A DNA stretch of 64,000 bases from Phoronis australis (GCA_002633005.1 NMRA01000693.1:136473-200472), one strand, 5' to 3'; positions 36,895 to 49,935 are shown, numbered from the stretch's first letter. The notes: generated by a model from the sequence alone, not told the origin. A program made the numbers and translations.

Positions 36895-37551
36895 ACATCG
36901 ACAACAACCAAGGTGTCCACTACGCACAAAAGGTACTGATAGCAACGTGACTTTGGTGTTTTAATCAGTGTGAGGCATAATTCAAAGAAAAGCTTTCGGT
37001 GTATGAAGATGACTATATGAACAAGAGCTTCACCGTCTCTAGACAATGATGGAGCTCCTATAGGCGCTTCATACAACGGAAGCTTTTCGGCGAATTATGC
37101 CTTATACTGACTAAAACATCATGGTGTTATAAATAACTTTTGCGCATAGCGGGACACCTTAGGAGGTTGTTGATGTATTTACTTCCTTCTAACTCAAACA
37201 AATACACCCGTTATCACACTTTCTTTGACGTTTGAGCATTCCCTTGTTCAGTTCTCAAAATTGGTGTCTCGCCATTTTTAACTCTGCGCCTGGCTAGCTG
37301 GCATGACGTATGTATTCCCTAGTGTGCACAGTGTGAACCTGGTGAATAACCGATTCTGGGAACTGAACGAGGGACTACGGGAGTATTTGTTCGAACTGGA
37401 AGGAATTAAATACATCGACGGCTTCCCCAGGTGTCCCTCTATGCACAAAAGGTATTTATAACAACGTGACTTTGACGTTTTAGTCAGTGTGAGGCATAAT
37501 TCGCCGAAAACCTTCCGGCGTATGAAGCGCCTATAGGAGCTCCATCGTCTA
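36895..37551. mobile_element. MITE with ~220 bp TIRs (37040-37551) adjoining an older arm of the same family (36895-37039)
   Basis: 37045-37273 is the reverse complement of 37341-37550; 36895-37039 repeats 37410-37550 directly; TA flanks both ends. Confidence 0.8.
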
Positions 37552-37739
37552 CTCCTACTGGCACTGCACCGCCGACAGACTACACTCACTGCCTGGCCAC
37601 CTGGAGACGATGGTCACTGTCTATGTAAAAGCCAAATATCAGTCATTAAAAAGTGAATAATTTCCCTTTAAATTTATGCCAACCTTAAATTATAAATCGA
37701 TTCATTGAAAAAAGCTTACATTGCAAATGAAGACGTGGA

Positions 37740-37830
37740 GCAGATTGACGTTTTCATAAAGGCGCCGAAACATTCGAAGGCGATCAAAACAAATATGGCG
37801 ATTCACAGATGCATTCTGGGAGACGTCTGA
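37740..37830. promoter_or_regulatory. Candidate CEP290 promoter motifs
   Basis: CpG-richer segment ~2 kb upstream of the ATG with YY1-like aatatggcg (37792-37800) and ZNF143/SBS-like tgcattctggga (37810-37821); possible non-coding exon donor ca|gtgagt on the minus strand at 37590/37589. Confidence 0.35.
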
Positions 37831-37951
37831 AAAGGGGCGACATCTATCGCTTCATTTTCTCAAACGTGAGCACACTCGGACGTCGTTCTGAACGTCTGAG
37901 TACACATGGGCGGCGTAGCACTGCAATAAGTGGACCGGGGCTACAGCCCCG

Positions 37952-38131
37952 NNNNNNNNNNNNNNNNNNNNNNNNNNNNNNNNNNNNNNNNNNNNNNNNN
38001 NNNNNNNNNNNNNNNNNNNNNNNNNNNNNNNNNNNNNNNNNNNNNNNNNNNNNNNNNNNNNNNNNNNNNNNNNNNNNNNNNNNNNNNNNNNNNNNNNNNN
38101 NNNNNNNNNNNNNNNNNNNNNNNNNNNNNNN
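37952..38131. other. Assembly gap (180 N) within a GC-rich MITE-like element (~37906-38292)
   Basis: N run; flanking inverted ends catgggcggcgtagcactg / cagtggtgcgccgcccactg. Confidence 0.9.
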
Positions 38132-39699
38132 CCCCCAACTCAATATCGTAGATCCGCCCTTGGCTATAGACCAGGCCCCCGTCTATTTGTAATTCCGCGC
38201 CGCCCAAACCCCAGCCACTCAGGGAAAAAGGGCGGGGGCCGGCTAATGAGCCCCCGGCCCTCAGCCCCCTATCAGTGGTGCGCCGCCCACTGCATGCATA
38301 GGCCTTGACTGTGTATTGGGGACGATCACTGAGAAGCTCTTAGGACGACTCCATGTGTGCACTTGGCTGGCGGGTTTGCTAAACCCTGGTTTTGGGAAAA
38401 GGGGAAGGACTTTCCTGCACTTTTCATACACACATACAAGCCGTGCATATATGATGAAAAAGCTAATAATTAAGAGCCTTAAAAATACAATGGAATAGGT
38501 TTTTAAAATGAACCCGTACATGACAGGGCAGTCTAACAATAACTTGCATTTATTGTCTAAATGCAGGCCCGTAGGTAGCCAAAACTTGGGGGGGGCACAA
38601 ACCATTGAGACATCGCTAAAAATACCCCCTACCTCCGCTCCCACCCCCCGAGTGCTCCCAAGGTCATATTTGAAGCGAATCTCCCACGCCCGCCTGGTTG
38701 GGGACAATCCCGGGGATGCAGCCATCAAGAATTGAGTTACCGTGAACTAACACCCGAGAGTAAGAATGGGCTTAGGACCAGTGCACTGACGGGTAGAGAG
38801 GAGCTGAGATCTAAAAGTGGAAAAATACGAAACTCCCGATGAACTAAACTGAGCTAGTCGCTGGTCAGCCTCGGCTATGACACTGACTTGCAGCTTACCG
38901 TAGCTTGTACCCCGTGCCTGTATCCGTGGCTCTAAGTTCAAGATTCGTTTTATTGTGATTCAGTTTCGGGAATACTTCATTTTATTATGGTCATGCCTTG
39001 AAGTTTTTTGAAAAGGTAAGTTCCCTGGTATAATTCCTTTGGGGCTGTTTCAAAATCCCATGATGAAACACGACCGGCAGTCCAGTTTCTGGTTTGTGGG
39101 GAAAATGATCAGAGTGTCTCAAAAATATACAAACTGCAACGCCTGGAGCTCAGTTCCCATGGATCACTGAGATTCTGCCACGGCAATGAGTTTAATTTTA
39201 TTTATTTAAGGACTTAATTTTTTCCGATTAAGGTACGGTTCGTCATTTCGAATTTCATCAATATCTCTGAGAGTTATTTTGATAGGCAAAATTGTCTAAG
39301 TATGCTTAACTATTTGGGGATCGGATGATAGAGTTTTTACAACTTCAGGCTGAAACTAAATTCACTGAAACATCATCAATTTTTACAAGATTAGCTTCTA
39401 ATTGTCAAAGATCATCCATGAATCTAACGATTTTCGTAGATACATAAACAAGTAAATCAGAAATCAATGAATTTGTTTCTCAAAACGGAATGTTATAAGA
39501 AATTACCGCAGGCATGCTCGCAGATTTTAAACACGGGTAACCGGGGAACATGGGAGATGGGGCATTCGTATTAACGTGTATTATAGAGGTACCCTTAACG
39601 GTTCACGAGGTAAATTTGAAGTTCACTTACAAAAAAAACCGCTGAAATCTTTGTGATGATGGCGAGAGTTTTTTTAGTACCCCTTTCGACATGTACACG

Positions 39700-40000
39700 G
39701 TCATTACAAATAGTAGATTAGCCGGATAGCAATGTTTTTCACATATGTGGGGAGTTCCTTACCAACAACTCAGGCTCCTAATAAAGGAGGCTATGCATAT
39801 ACGGTTGAATCATGCTGAGCGTTACCTCAATAGAAACATAGGTTTATTTGAGCTCCAACTGTTTTGATTTCTGGTCTCTCCCCTCACAATGCATTTTGAC
39901 GTGTACCGGTACAGTCTCTTCTCTACCTGTGTGACCTGTTTTGAGTCTGTGAGCTGTTTCCTTGAATGGTTTAGAGTAATAAACCGAAACGTTGGATAGA
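39700..40000 (+). mobile_element. Penelope-like retroelement 3' remnant
   Basis: IKEAMHIRLNHAERYLNRNIGLFEL resembles the GIY-YIG C-terminal motif KEAIxI...LNRDxG; downstream ggttta..taaaccGAAACgtt resembles a decayed pLTR hammerhead. Confidence 0.55.
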
Positions 40001-41339
40001 TATGTCGTTATTTACTTACGCGCTAATTTTAAAGTTCGTGCTTCTGCTCTGGCCTAAACCAAACCATATTCAAATGAGTTACTATTCTTGTGATACTATG
40101 GGAAACAATAACATTATTTTTAACTAACCACCGGAAATAGTCCTTTTGTGTAATTAGCAAATAATAGGCTTCACGTTTTTCAAAATTCCACCATTTCGAT
40201 GGCGGTCAATTGTATTGTTTTTTCACATTTTTGGTTGTTTGGGTTGAATGTCTTGATACTGCTGTGCTGTGCACGAATGTTTTGTTTTTTGATGAATTTG
40301 GAATGTCAACTTCCCTCGTGAACTTTTGGCAGTGTCGGATTTACGTTTATAGAGGTATAAAGAGACATTTCCCCCAAACTTCTCCACCGAGAGAGCGTCC
40401 CGTCTGAAATGGGACATCTTAAGATGAAACGCTAAACATCAGTAAGAGTGACAGCTCATTCCACCGTCGTGTGGTCACAAGACGGTGCAGAAGTGACCTT
40501 CTTCAACATGAAAGCCGCTTCCATGATTTCATTAAAAAACAGGAAAATAGAGGTAATCGATTCTAACATTGGGCCCTCTTTCCGTGAGCGGCCCCTTAAG
40601 AATTTGTCAATAAAAATACAAAAAGGGTGGCCACTTGAGTGCCATCAATGGCCTCCTTGAAGGGCGGGGCCCCTAAATATGAAGATATCTATATTTGCAA
40701 AAACCAACAAATGCACAGCAATTCATGTTGTCTGTCAGGTCATCAATTTTTCTCAAATGATATACAATTTCGAGATAAAACATAAAGCGAAAGTTGTCTC
40801 CAATATCCCTTGCCAGAGAGGGGCGTCTGGAAAAATATAGGTTTGCTTTCGCAAAATTGAATTTAAAAATCCACTGAGTAAATAAGTACGCTGTGCAAAA
40901 GCTTTGATTTACAATTGTCTCGAATTTTCCAAATATATGTATGGATGATTACGCGCACGTTTTCAAATGCCTTTAGACGACCTGTGCTGCAAAAGCGGAG
41001 ACCCTAATAACAATGTCCTGGCCAGAGTCCTTTAAAGGTAAACCATGCACTGATACAGAGTTTTTAAATGTGCTCTTGAATTTTCTCTCTTATCCGTATT
41101 TTGCTGTTTTTCATTTCTTCTCCACTGTCCCCTGCCCTACGTCTATGTCGGTTGCCACGGTACAAGTCATTACTAGTTAAGTGGGTTACGTGTTGATTAG
41201 ATGGAGACAATGAAGTTTTCAAAGTGTTTCCAGGGTATGTTTTCAAAACATATGGAGATATTTTGATTATAATTTGTTGTCTCTTGCAAATATTGATACC
41301 TTCTATCTTGACATCTTGATTGCTTGGGTTGAAATTAGT

Positions 41340-42120
41340 GCTCATTTACATAAGGACATAGCAATTGCAAACCAAGTAGTGTGGACTAACAAAAACATAT
41401 TGATTAATAGTTTCTTTGAGGCTGGTGAAGGATCTTTTGAATTTTGAAATAAATTTCTGACGTGGGAGGTTTTGAAAAATAGATAACCTTTCAAATTGGA
41501 TTCATTGTGCTGCTTTGAGACGTGCTATTAAGTTGAAAGCTGATCCTTCGATTTCAAAATGCATACATCCCCAGTTAAGCCAAATTACTAATGTGTTTTC
41601 TAGAAATACTTTGCTTTCCAAAATTGTTTTGCCTCCTGATATAGAGTACGGCTTAACTGACATTTACTCTAGACAACAAATTAATATGTTCTTCCACACA
41701 AACTCTTGTTACCTCCTTATGTTAAAACCTTTAAGTATTCCTATATTCATAGAAAAGTGTTTACAAAACTTAATTTGAAAAAGATGAACTTAGTAAGTGA
41801 TGACAAGTGTGCATCTTGTGGAACTGTTGAGACTTTTAACCATATGTTTGTGAAATGTGGTTCTGTGAAAACTTTGTGGTGTGAAATTCAGAAGCTTTTA
41901 ATTTACGTAACTGCACAACGCGATTTAATCTTAGATAAAATGTTATTATGACAGCATATTTTTATGTAATTTTGAAGATTTCAATGCCATATTAACTGTT
42001 TGCCAGTATTTCATCCATAAATGTTCTAGAGACCAGATTATTCCTTTGATATTCACAATTTCAATGTTTCTTGTATAATTATTGAAAAGTAAGAATTATA
42101 CGACGCCGTAAAACTGCCTT
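41340..42120 (+). mobile_element. Decayed L1/Tx1-clade LINE ORF2 3' end (zf-RVT)
   Basis: VWTNKNILIN... and FKYSYIHRKVFTKLNLKKMNLVSDDKCASCGTVETFNHMFVKCGSVKTLW; frameshifts and stops. Confidence 0.8.
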
Positions 42121-42179
42121 TTGGGAAACCCTCAATGCTTATTTAGATTAGATCAGCCGTGAAGTTCTATTATTTAGAT

Positions 42180-42180
42180 A

Positions 42181-42243
<63 letters not shown>
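42180..42243. repeat. (TG)n microsatellite
   Basis: About 30 TG units. Confidence 0.98.
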
Positions 42244-42244
<1 letters not shown>

Positions 42245-42269
42245 TGTGTTTCATTTGCATATATCTCAT

Positions 42270-42494
42270 TGTTGTATATATATCTACATAGATTATTACA
42301 TGGCGAAGTCGTTATCCCCCGTTATCTAGAGCCCAAGTGGATTTTGGAGAGTTATACCACAATATTAGCGTCAAATGGCAAATACAACCGTGTAATAACC
42401 CATTTAGTTATCTCGCTAGTGAGATAACATTTTGGCGGGAAACCGAGGCCGGTTTCGAACCCGGGCCACTACACCTCTTTACCACTACACCACT
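42270..42494 (-). mobile_element. tRNA-derived SINE
   Basis: Minus strand: agTGGTGTAGTGGtaaag (A box) ... GGTTCGAAACC (B box), followed by a non-tRNA body. Confidence 0.65.
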
Positions 42495-45366
42495 CAACGT
42501 CTGACGCAATCGAACGTGAACATAAAATACTTAAATGAGCACGCGCAACAATCGCATGTTCATCAAAGGGCATTGCACCGACATTCATACGTTATGAAAA
42601 ATAAGACGGATAATTTCCATAAAAACGATATTTTAATTCAGTGAAAATTTTCGTTCGTGTTCTCTAACTTGCAATTCACCGATCTCCAATTTGAATGCGG
42701 GAATCGTGTCGTCGGGATCCTTTGACTTGAGCATTATAGTCAGTTACTAGTGGTAACCTACCATAGCAGACGAAGGAAGTGGCTCATGGTAGTGAAGTAT
42801 GAAATGTACGCTGTAAATAGCAAGTATGAGGCCGTAAAACATTTACTTTAGCAGACGATATATTCCCAGTCGAAGCTTAGCGTGATAAAATGTGTAGTAA
42901 GCTATAATAGTTGCTAAACCTTAATTTATAGATTAACTTTATTTCCATTTTGTTTAAATTTTCAATTGGTTTTGAGTTAAAGCATTATTTGACAAAAATA
43001 GCTCGGCTTTTCTTAAAAGGTCACGACCTCTGACCCCGGGCCTCTGACGTAGAAAGTAGTTACAAAGCCGAGGCAAGTCGAGAAAGGTAGATCGATTCAT
43101 TGCAATGTTTCTCGTTCAGTATGTGGTATGTTATTATATCTCGATTTCACGAAGCTCGATATAATATCCACGGGTACAAACACGTACGTTGTATAACCTA
43201 TATGTATTTAGAAATAATATGTTGATATGAAAAAGTATCTCTTCACAATGGGGGCATTCATCAGTTTGGACTGCAATCTTATATAAAGTCATATTTGTAA
43301 ATATGTTTATATATGTAAAGAGGTATCTAAAATTCTTTAATTCTGGATTGTTGGAAAGAGCGAAGGGTGTATAATAAAGTTTTTATTTCTTTTCATAATT
43401 ACCTAACATTACATAATAATCAGGTTTTAATGCAATTGTTTATAAAATGAATTTTTAACCCAATCTTCATTACAACTGTCATAATTTAGTAATGAAAGTT
43501 CTTACAGCTATAAAAGATCTTACTTTTAATTCGCCAATGTGTTTCTTCAATGCATTAATTAGAAGCCTATTTCAACTAAAAACTCATGCTCGGTCATAGA
43601 TCAGATATACTATGGTTCTTGGTCACGGTGGGTGATTTTCCCTGCGCTAGTTGTCGCGCAACTTGCCCAAAGAGTAGGTCACGCTTACCTATTTAGTTTG
43701 AACAACATATATTTATCAAGGATTAAAGTGAGAAAAACATTATCTTCAGCAAAAGTGCTGTTTCTTCCAGACGCTTCTCACAAAAATACATACAACAAAC
43801 ATGGTAATGAACAATGGCAAAAACAACGAAAGGGACATAAACAGAGAATCCTAAGAGAGTCTCAGGTTTATGACATGGGCAAAACCCCTTGGAAATTTCG
43901 TCAAAATCCCGAGACGTGTCTTCAGTTCCATACTTCTACTTGTTTACGATGAATACAATCTACCAGACTATTTTGATCTATACTGTTGCGATCCTTTTCT
44001 AAGTGCATGTCAGTTCACCTTGCATAGGATCATTCTGACGATATTCTCACGAGTATGTCTCAGTGTCGCTTAAGTGGACTGATATTTGCATCTGTTCAAC
44101 ATACATGTCTATCTATCTGAAACTTTTTGTGATCGACTAGTAGAGACCTCGGGTACGTGTCCATCTCGCTCAGTAACCGAGGACGACTTCTGTCAGTCGA
44201 ATTTTAGCATGTGAGTGTTACCTCTTGCGAAAGGGTGTTGGCTTTTGCTCAATTCTGGAATTTTGAGTATAGACGAGTTGTCCCCGCTCTATGTCCATCT
44301 CGTTTACAAAGAATACGACAGGCCAGACTCTACGGCTGAGACCATGAGTTTCAGAGGTTTGAATCATTTCCTGTTGGCTTCTTAGCTGGCTTCCATCCTT
44401 CTCATACGTGCATCCAGTAACTTGCGCATCAGGTATTTGAGTCAGTTAAATCTTTAAGTCAGTATTTGGAAGTTACCACAATTGACCTGAAGAGGTCTCA
44501 CTGAGGTAACTGTCCATCTACCAACCACTGGTCTCTTCAATCAACAGAACGTTTGCTTGGGCGTCAATCTCTCTTGCTCTTTGTCCGTCTGTGGATTAGT
44601 GTCAAGTCTAAACAAAGCGCATTTGAAGCGTGTCTATCTGTCTTGCGAAAGCTATGACCAATCTATTCCTGTCAGTACTTTTTGACTACAATTTTACATT
44701 CACATAAGGTCATATAATGATCTGTCGGCTTTTCTTTGAACATGTGTCCATATCGTTTACGAAGGCTGGTGTTAGATATTTTAAGTATGAAGCCTACAAA
44801 GTTCGAATTGAAGACACATGAGATGCAGACACATCTCGCTTACGTCCTCTGTCATTCGGACTTATGCATGTATTTATTCCCAAAAGAGTTTGTAATGGCT
44901 GACACCAAGACCAGAAAATGTATTTGTACTGCACCCTTCTTTATCCCATACGAAGCGATTATATTGCCTGCGGACATCTGGTGGCATTGTTTCAACTGCG
45001 TCGAACATAAACCTATTTGGCGGCAATAACTTGTGGTTCACGTGTTTCTGCTGTCTTAGTTTTTAGGAATTAACAGCTCTTGTCTGAAAAACGTCAATTT
45101 CACCCTAAAAATTCGTGTTCAAAGCGGCTTTGTGCGGGATCCTATAATTCCTTATATACTTTACTTTGAGCTAATTTTGACACGTATCTCCGCAATTTTT
45201 ATCGACACGTTTTGCATCCAACATCTGTACTGGAGTGACTAAGCACTTGTACAATTGATTTTTCAATCACCGACTCGTTCTTTGTCCCGGGGACTGACTC
45301 ATCATAATCGTAATCGGCGTTGAGTTAGGGGGCCAGGGCACAGGAATCTGAACCAGAATTTCGCCA

Positions 45367-45523
45367 CATGCGCGCGTCCAGCCTAAGATGTTGGGATGCA
45401 GGGATCTCGAATTTTGGATTTGTGAACCTTATTACTAAAAAGAAACAAATGTAAACGGAGTTTGTTCAAGACCTATGCATTTGCATTCGCCCCTCGAGCC
45501 CCCCCCCCTGGGTGCGCGCATAT
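45367..45523. mobile_element. MITE, same TIR family as 49684-49935
   Basis: catgcgcgcgtccagcc ... gagcccccccccctgggtgcgcgcat. Confidence 0.7.
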
Positions 45524-45832
45524 GCTAGTCAACACCCCGAACTGCCGAATGGTATCTGGAAGAATTTTAGGGTTGGCCATGGCCCCCTTGCCCCACCCTG
45601 CCTCCAAATCAGCCACTGCGACTGAGGAGGCAAGTTAGGTCACCTATCGTGGACTTTATTTCCCAAGAATTATCAACTTTATGAGTGCGATAGCATTTTC
45701 TGCATAACATTACAACACCGCGTTGTTCATTTTCGGTCAAAATGCCATCATAGCCGTGCACACCACTTTTTTGAGAAAAAAACATACTCAGGCATGGTTT
45801 TCTGTTCTCTCAAAACACATTAGTGGGACTCA

Positions 45833-46170
45833 AACCGACTTTTACCACGGGTGGGCACCCTCCACACAACGCATTGCCAAGCACACCAAACTAACTTTTA
45901 CCACGGGTACGCATCCTCCACACAACGCATTGCCAAGCACACCAAACCAAATTTTACCACGGGTGCGCACCCTCCACATAACACATTGCCAAGCACACCA
46001 AACTAACTTTTACCACAGGTACGCACCCTCCACATAACACATTGCCAAGCACACTAAACCAACTTTTACCACGGGTGCGCACCCTCCACACAACGCATTG
46101 CCAAGCAAACCAAAACAACTTTACCACGTGTGAGAACCCTCCACACAACGCATTGACAAGCACACCAAAC
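45833..46170. repeat. ~57-bp minisatellite, 6 copies
   Basis: ttttaccacgggtgcgcaccctccacacaacgcattgccaagcacaccaaac repeated with no unique spacers. Confidence 0.95.
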
Positions 46171-46823
46171 CCTCGGCACAGACAATGTTTGTAAAAGTGA
46201 CCAAAAATGCACTTAAAAACTGAATTGATCTCTTCGGTTACCGTCACTTGTCCTAATATTGTCCGTGGGAAGGGTGCCTGGCATGTGATTGGAGTTCTGT
46301 GCTGGGTTGCATGAAGCAGTCCCAAATAGGGTATCAACTGAGTTCCCTATTAAGGATTTTTGTGTGATGTAAGAGATTTCCGCTCCAAGATCCTGCACAT
46401 CGCGTAAGAGGGATAACGTGACCAAACACGAGAGGGCCTCACATTTGAGCTGTGTTAAACGAATAGATACTTTTGCATTCGATTTATCGCGCACGGACTT
46501 CTCGACACTTCAAACTATTACTGAATTGTCCAAGCCTTAATATCACTCCAGATCTAGACACGCTCTGATCTTGGCCTTTTTGCAAAATTCTAGAATCTAC
46601 CAGAAAAACTACTCTCATTAGTCTTTACAATAACAAAATCAATAGTTGGGAGTTTATCATTAGACAAGCTCTCTCGAAAAGCAAAACTCATGCTTCTTGG
46701 GTATAAGATAAAGTTTCACGGACCTCGCCATTGAGGAGATAGCATCCCCGGACATTTTCTATCGTCCAGATCTTCGAAACGGGATAGCATTCTTATCAGC
46801 AAGCTATATTCTATGAACAAAGT

Positions 46824-46855
46824 TATAAGCGTATGTTACAGCCACTCAGTCAGTG
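46824..46855 (+). promoter_or_regulatory. TATA-like box plus initiator of the secreted-protein gene
   Basis: tataag at 46824, TCAGT Inr-like motifs at 46846/46850, ATG at 46878; several GATA motifs upstream. Confidence 0.55.
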
Positions 46856-46877
46856 CGCAGCTCGTGTGGCCGTCAAT

Positions 46878-48109
46878 ATGTACAAAGAGAGCCTTTATTC
46901 GCTGTTTTTCTTGGTGACAGTGGGCATTAGTAAGTGAGCTGGTAAATTTGTATCAGATAAAATTCTTTTTTTGGAAACATAACGTGCCAACGCCGGTCCC
47001 AATTACATGACCGTTTTCTAAGTATATACCATAAGCCTACGCTTCAATTGGTCTACTTTAGTATTTGAGGAAAGACAACGCCTGGGATGATTGGCGCCTC
47101 ACTTTTTTGGAGATTTGGACATTACACAATAGTAAAAGGCAATGGACGAATTTCTACATGAATGTACGGCAATCTACTTAACTGAGATAAAACACATTTT
47201 TCACGACTTTCTCATACCTTGTATGCATTTCTTTACAATTAAATTCAAAACTCAATTACAATGGTGACAATCAAAGAAAATGTTCTAAATTGTCTGTAAC
47301 AGACATGTTTCCAATACGGGACTTTGACAAATGTTTTGGAAGACAGTGACGGCTCAATATATTTACTGGCAGTTCGATATTCAATTTTTATTTCACTTAC
47401 AGTTGGTGGCGAGAGTTTCTCCTCATGTGCTGAACACAAACTAGAATTTCCAAACGCGACATCGGGTTTCTACGCCATTGAGACAAATGCGGGGATAATA
47501 GCTGCATACTGCGAGATGAATATCGCAGGTGGCGGATTCACATTCATCCAAAAGCGTGACCTAAAGCGATTATCATCGAACGCGGCGGTTGGCGATGTGG
47601 ATGTCTCCCTGTTCTTCAAACAGAAACGTGACGTCCTGGTGTTTATCCGAATGAGGGACAGATCTACCCGGTATACGGTACTGAGTCAATTGAAGGAGTA
47701 CGCTGAAAACGACATCTTTGCTGGTGTTAACAAATTTACGAATTACGCGAAACCAATCACCACTACATCATTCCCTTACTTATACATTGGTTTTCTACCA
47801 GTCAGTCTCGCTGCCAAGAAAAATGTCCAAGGGTTCACCTCAAATGGGCACCGAGTTGCTTTCACCAATTGCGACGCAAATCCCAACAGCTACTTCCTAT
47901 TTTCGACTGCTGACCCATCACAATATCCACGACTACCTGGAGGGGGATACGTAATTGACATGTGGATGAAGACGGCTCTTCCAAGCCCACACTACTTCCC
48001 TGACATGTTATTTTATTTCACCGAGTTGCACTTCGGCGGATGCGGCGGGATATCTTTTTCCAACGCTTGGCCAAATAACATGATGGATGCCACTGTTGGA
48101 TTTCGATAA
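46878..48109 (+). CDS. Secreted protein, ~252 aa: fibrinogen-C/NEC-like N-terminal subdomain plus an uncharacterised C-terminal domain; exons 46878-46929 and 47403-48109
   Basis: Exon 1 MYKESLYSLFFLVTVGI (signal peptide-like; A|gtaagt) splices in phase 1 to cttacag|TT; SCAEHK..SGFYAI..AYCEMNIAGGGFTFIQKR fits the fibrinogen-related SC..SG.Y.I..YCDM..GGWT.IQ.R motif; AATAAA at 48165. Confidence 0.85.
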
Positions 48110-49683
48110 ATCTGTAGATCGCTACATCCAATGTACATGGAGTCCTATCTATGAATCTTATGAGAATAAACAATCGTTATAAGATGAGCCTGTAAATTAG
48201 TTGTTAAATTGAAGTAGTTTTTACGTACCTTTACTGTAGTCCTACTTAAATTAACGTTGAATGTAATTTTCTTGAGAAAGTTGCTGGTGTTTGTTTTGTT
48301 GTCATCATGGGCAGTCATTAGTTCTGTTTCAAAATGACTTTAATGAAAACGTAGTTGCGACTATAGATAAACTTACACAAAGCATAATGTGTTTTTGCAT
48401 TTCCTCCTCTGCATACACGGACTTAGAGAATGAAGAAAACAAGCGAAAATCGACAGCCCTATTTTGCGGGTGTCGCGAACGTTTTCTTTCAAAAATAGAC
48501 ATTCTAACCGACTCCTCAGTGATCTAGGTGCTGTGATCTCACCATCAGTTTTAACCTTGAATACAGGACATTTCCGTTTATTCCTACATGTTAGGAACAC
48601 TGAACGCGTCTCACCGAACGAAATGCAAATCTTTTGTTAGTTATAACCCTTTGCAGATCTGTGTGTGTATACCTTTCCCCGTTCCGCAGTCAGTTGACTA
48701 ATTATGTTCATTAAAAATTATGTCATCTTGAAATGCCATTGACCAAACTGGTTTTCGTTAAAATCAATGAAGTTTTTGAAGACGTTGATATGGAAAGAGT
48801 TCGTGTAAAAGAGCAAAAACTGTTGGTCGTGCCCATGCACTGTCGTTTTCTCTTGTTATATGTGGGCATACGTGTTCTTACGTAGATCAACTCGTTTGTT
48901 CGAGCAACAGTGTTTTGAAGTATTTTCAGCACTTCAGCATTGGTCAAATGTAAGTAAAGAGAAAAGGAACAAGATTAAAAAGTACGGGCTGCTAGAATGA
49001 GCACTATTCGATAGGCGTAACAGTTTCAAGTAAGGGCCGACCACAAAGCAACCAGACAAAGTAATGTTGAATCCTGTGGTAGTCCATGTCGAGTGGAGGG
49101 CTTCGGGTAGAAACTGTTTGCGACAAGGGGAGGCAATTGGAGACCAGGAGCAGATACCTTCGCATTTCTTTCACCAGCAACATAAGAAATCCGTCAAACA
49201 CCTGTGCTTCTGTTGTTAGTACATGTATGTCTCACTGTCAAGAGACAAGCAAACATGCCGGGCAATGATCATAAGGAACTAACTCAGTTGAAAACCTAGT
49301 TTACAACTTGAGACTCCCCAAATCACAGTCCTCTTCACATTAATAGCCTTTCATATAACTCATCAAAATTGTTAAATCTTGATTTGTTTTAGTTATACGA
49401 ATGCTTTTTGGATAGATTAAATGGAGTTTTTGTCTTTTAAAACAACACAAATCAATAAGCGCCAATTCTATTCGGGTAATTGAAATCCGTGATTTGCTTT
49501 ACTACGCTAGCATAGAGATCGACATTTTTGGCTATAAAAAATGTGAAAATAGCTATAAGATTCTCCAGTGTGTCGCTAAATGGCGGAAAAATGTCTCAAC
49601 AAAGGTTCTATTATCCCCAAATTAGTCCTACACGAATGAATTTACAAAAATGTGGAGTAATAGTACCGTGCCGTCCTTATTCC

Positions 49684-49935
49684 CATGCGCGCACCCAGCC
49701 TTCAATTTGGGAAGGGCTCGAATTCCTGGCGTTGTGGACATTTTGCTAACAAAAGAGCCGGCGGACTAAAAAAAGAAAAAAAGGAGCACGACTGTGAATT
49801 GCGCTTATTCAGTGGACTTTTGTCCCATTTTCTCGGACTTTTTGTCTCTCGGGGGCGGACCTTTTTGCCCACTTCGCCTAATGGGAGGGGGGCTCATTCG
49901 AGCCCCCCGAGCCCCCCCCCCTGGGTGCGCGCATG
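49684..49935. mobile_element. Intact MITE, 15-bp perfect TIR, 5-bp TSD
   Basis: attcc|catgcgcgcacccag ... ctgggtgcgcgcatg|attcc. Confidence 0.9.

Noticed and set aside
38261-38735. 155-aa minus-strand ORF and overlapping ORFs
   Set aside because: No recognisable domain or splice structure; spans MITE-like GC-rich pieces.
41148-41165. X-box-like gttgccacggtac
   Set aside because: Only one good half site, more than 5 kb from the CEP290 ATG, and expected by chance.
42430-42494. Possible tRNA gene
   Set aside because: A and B boxes are present but there is no acceptor stem or anticodon arm; better explained as a SINE head.
44140-44640. Coding-like composition on the minus strand
   Set aside because: Interrupted by stops and no motif I could assign; left unannotated.
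45833-46170. Regular repeats resembling a CRISPR array
   Set aside because: Units are contiguous with no unique spacers, there are no cas genes, and the context is eukaryotic.
37600-46800. Head-to-head partner gene (TMTC3 shares a promoter with vertebrate CEP290)
   Set aside because: No TMTC-like or other convincing coding exons found on the + strand here.
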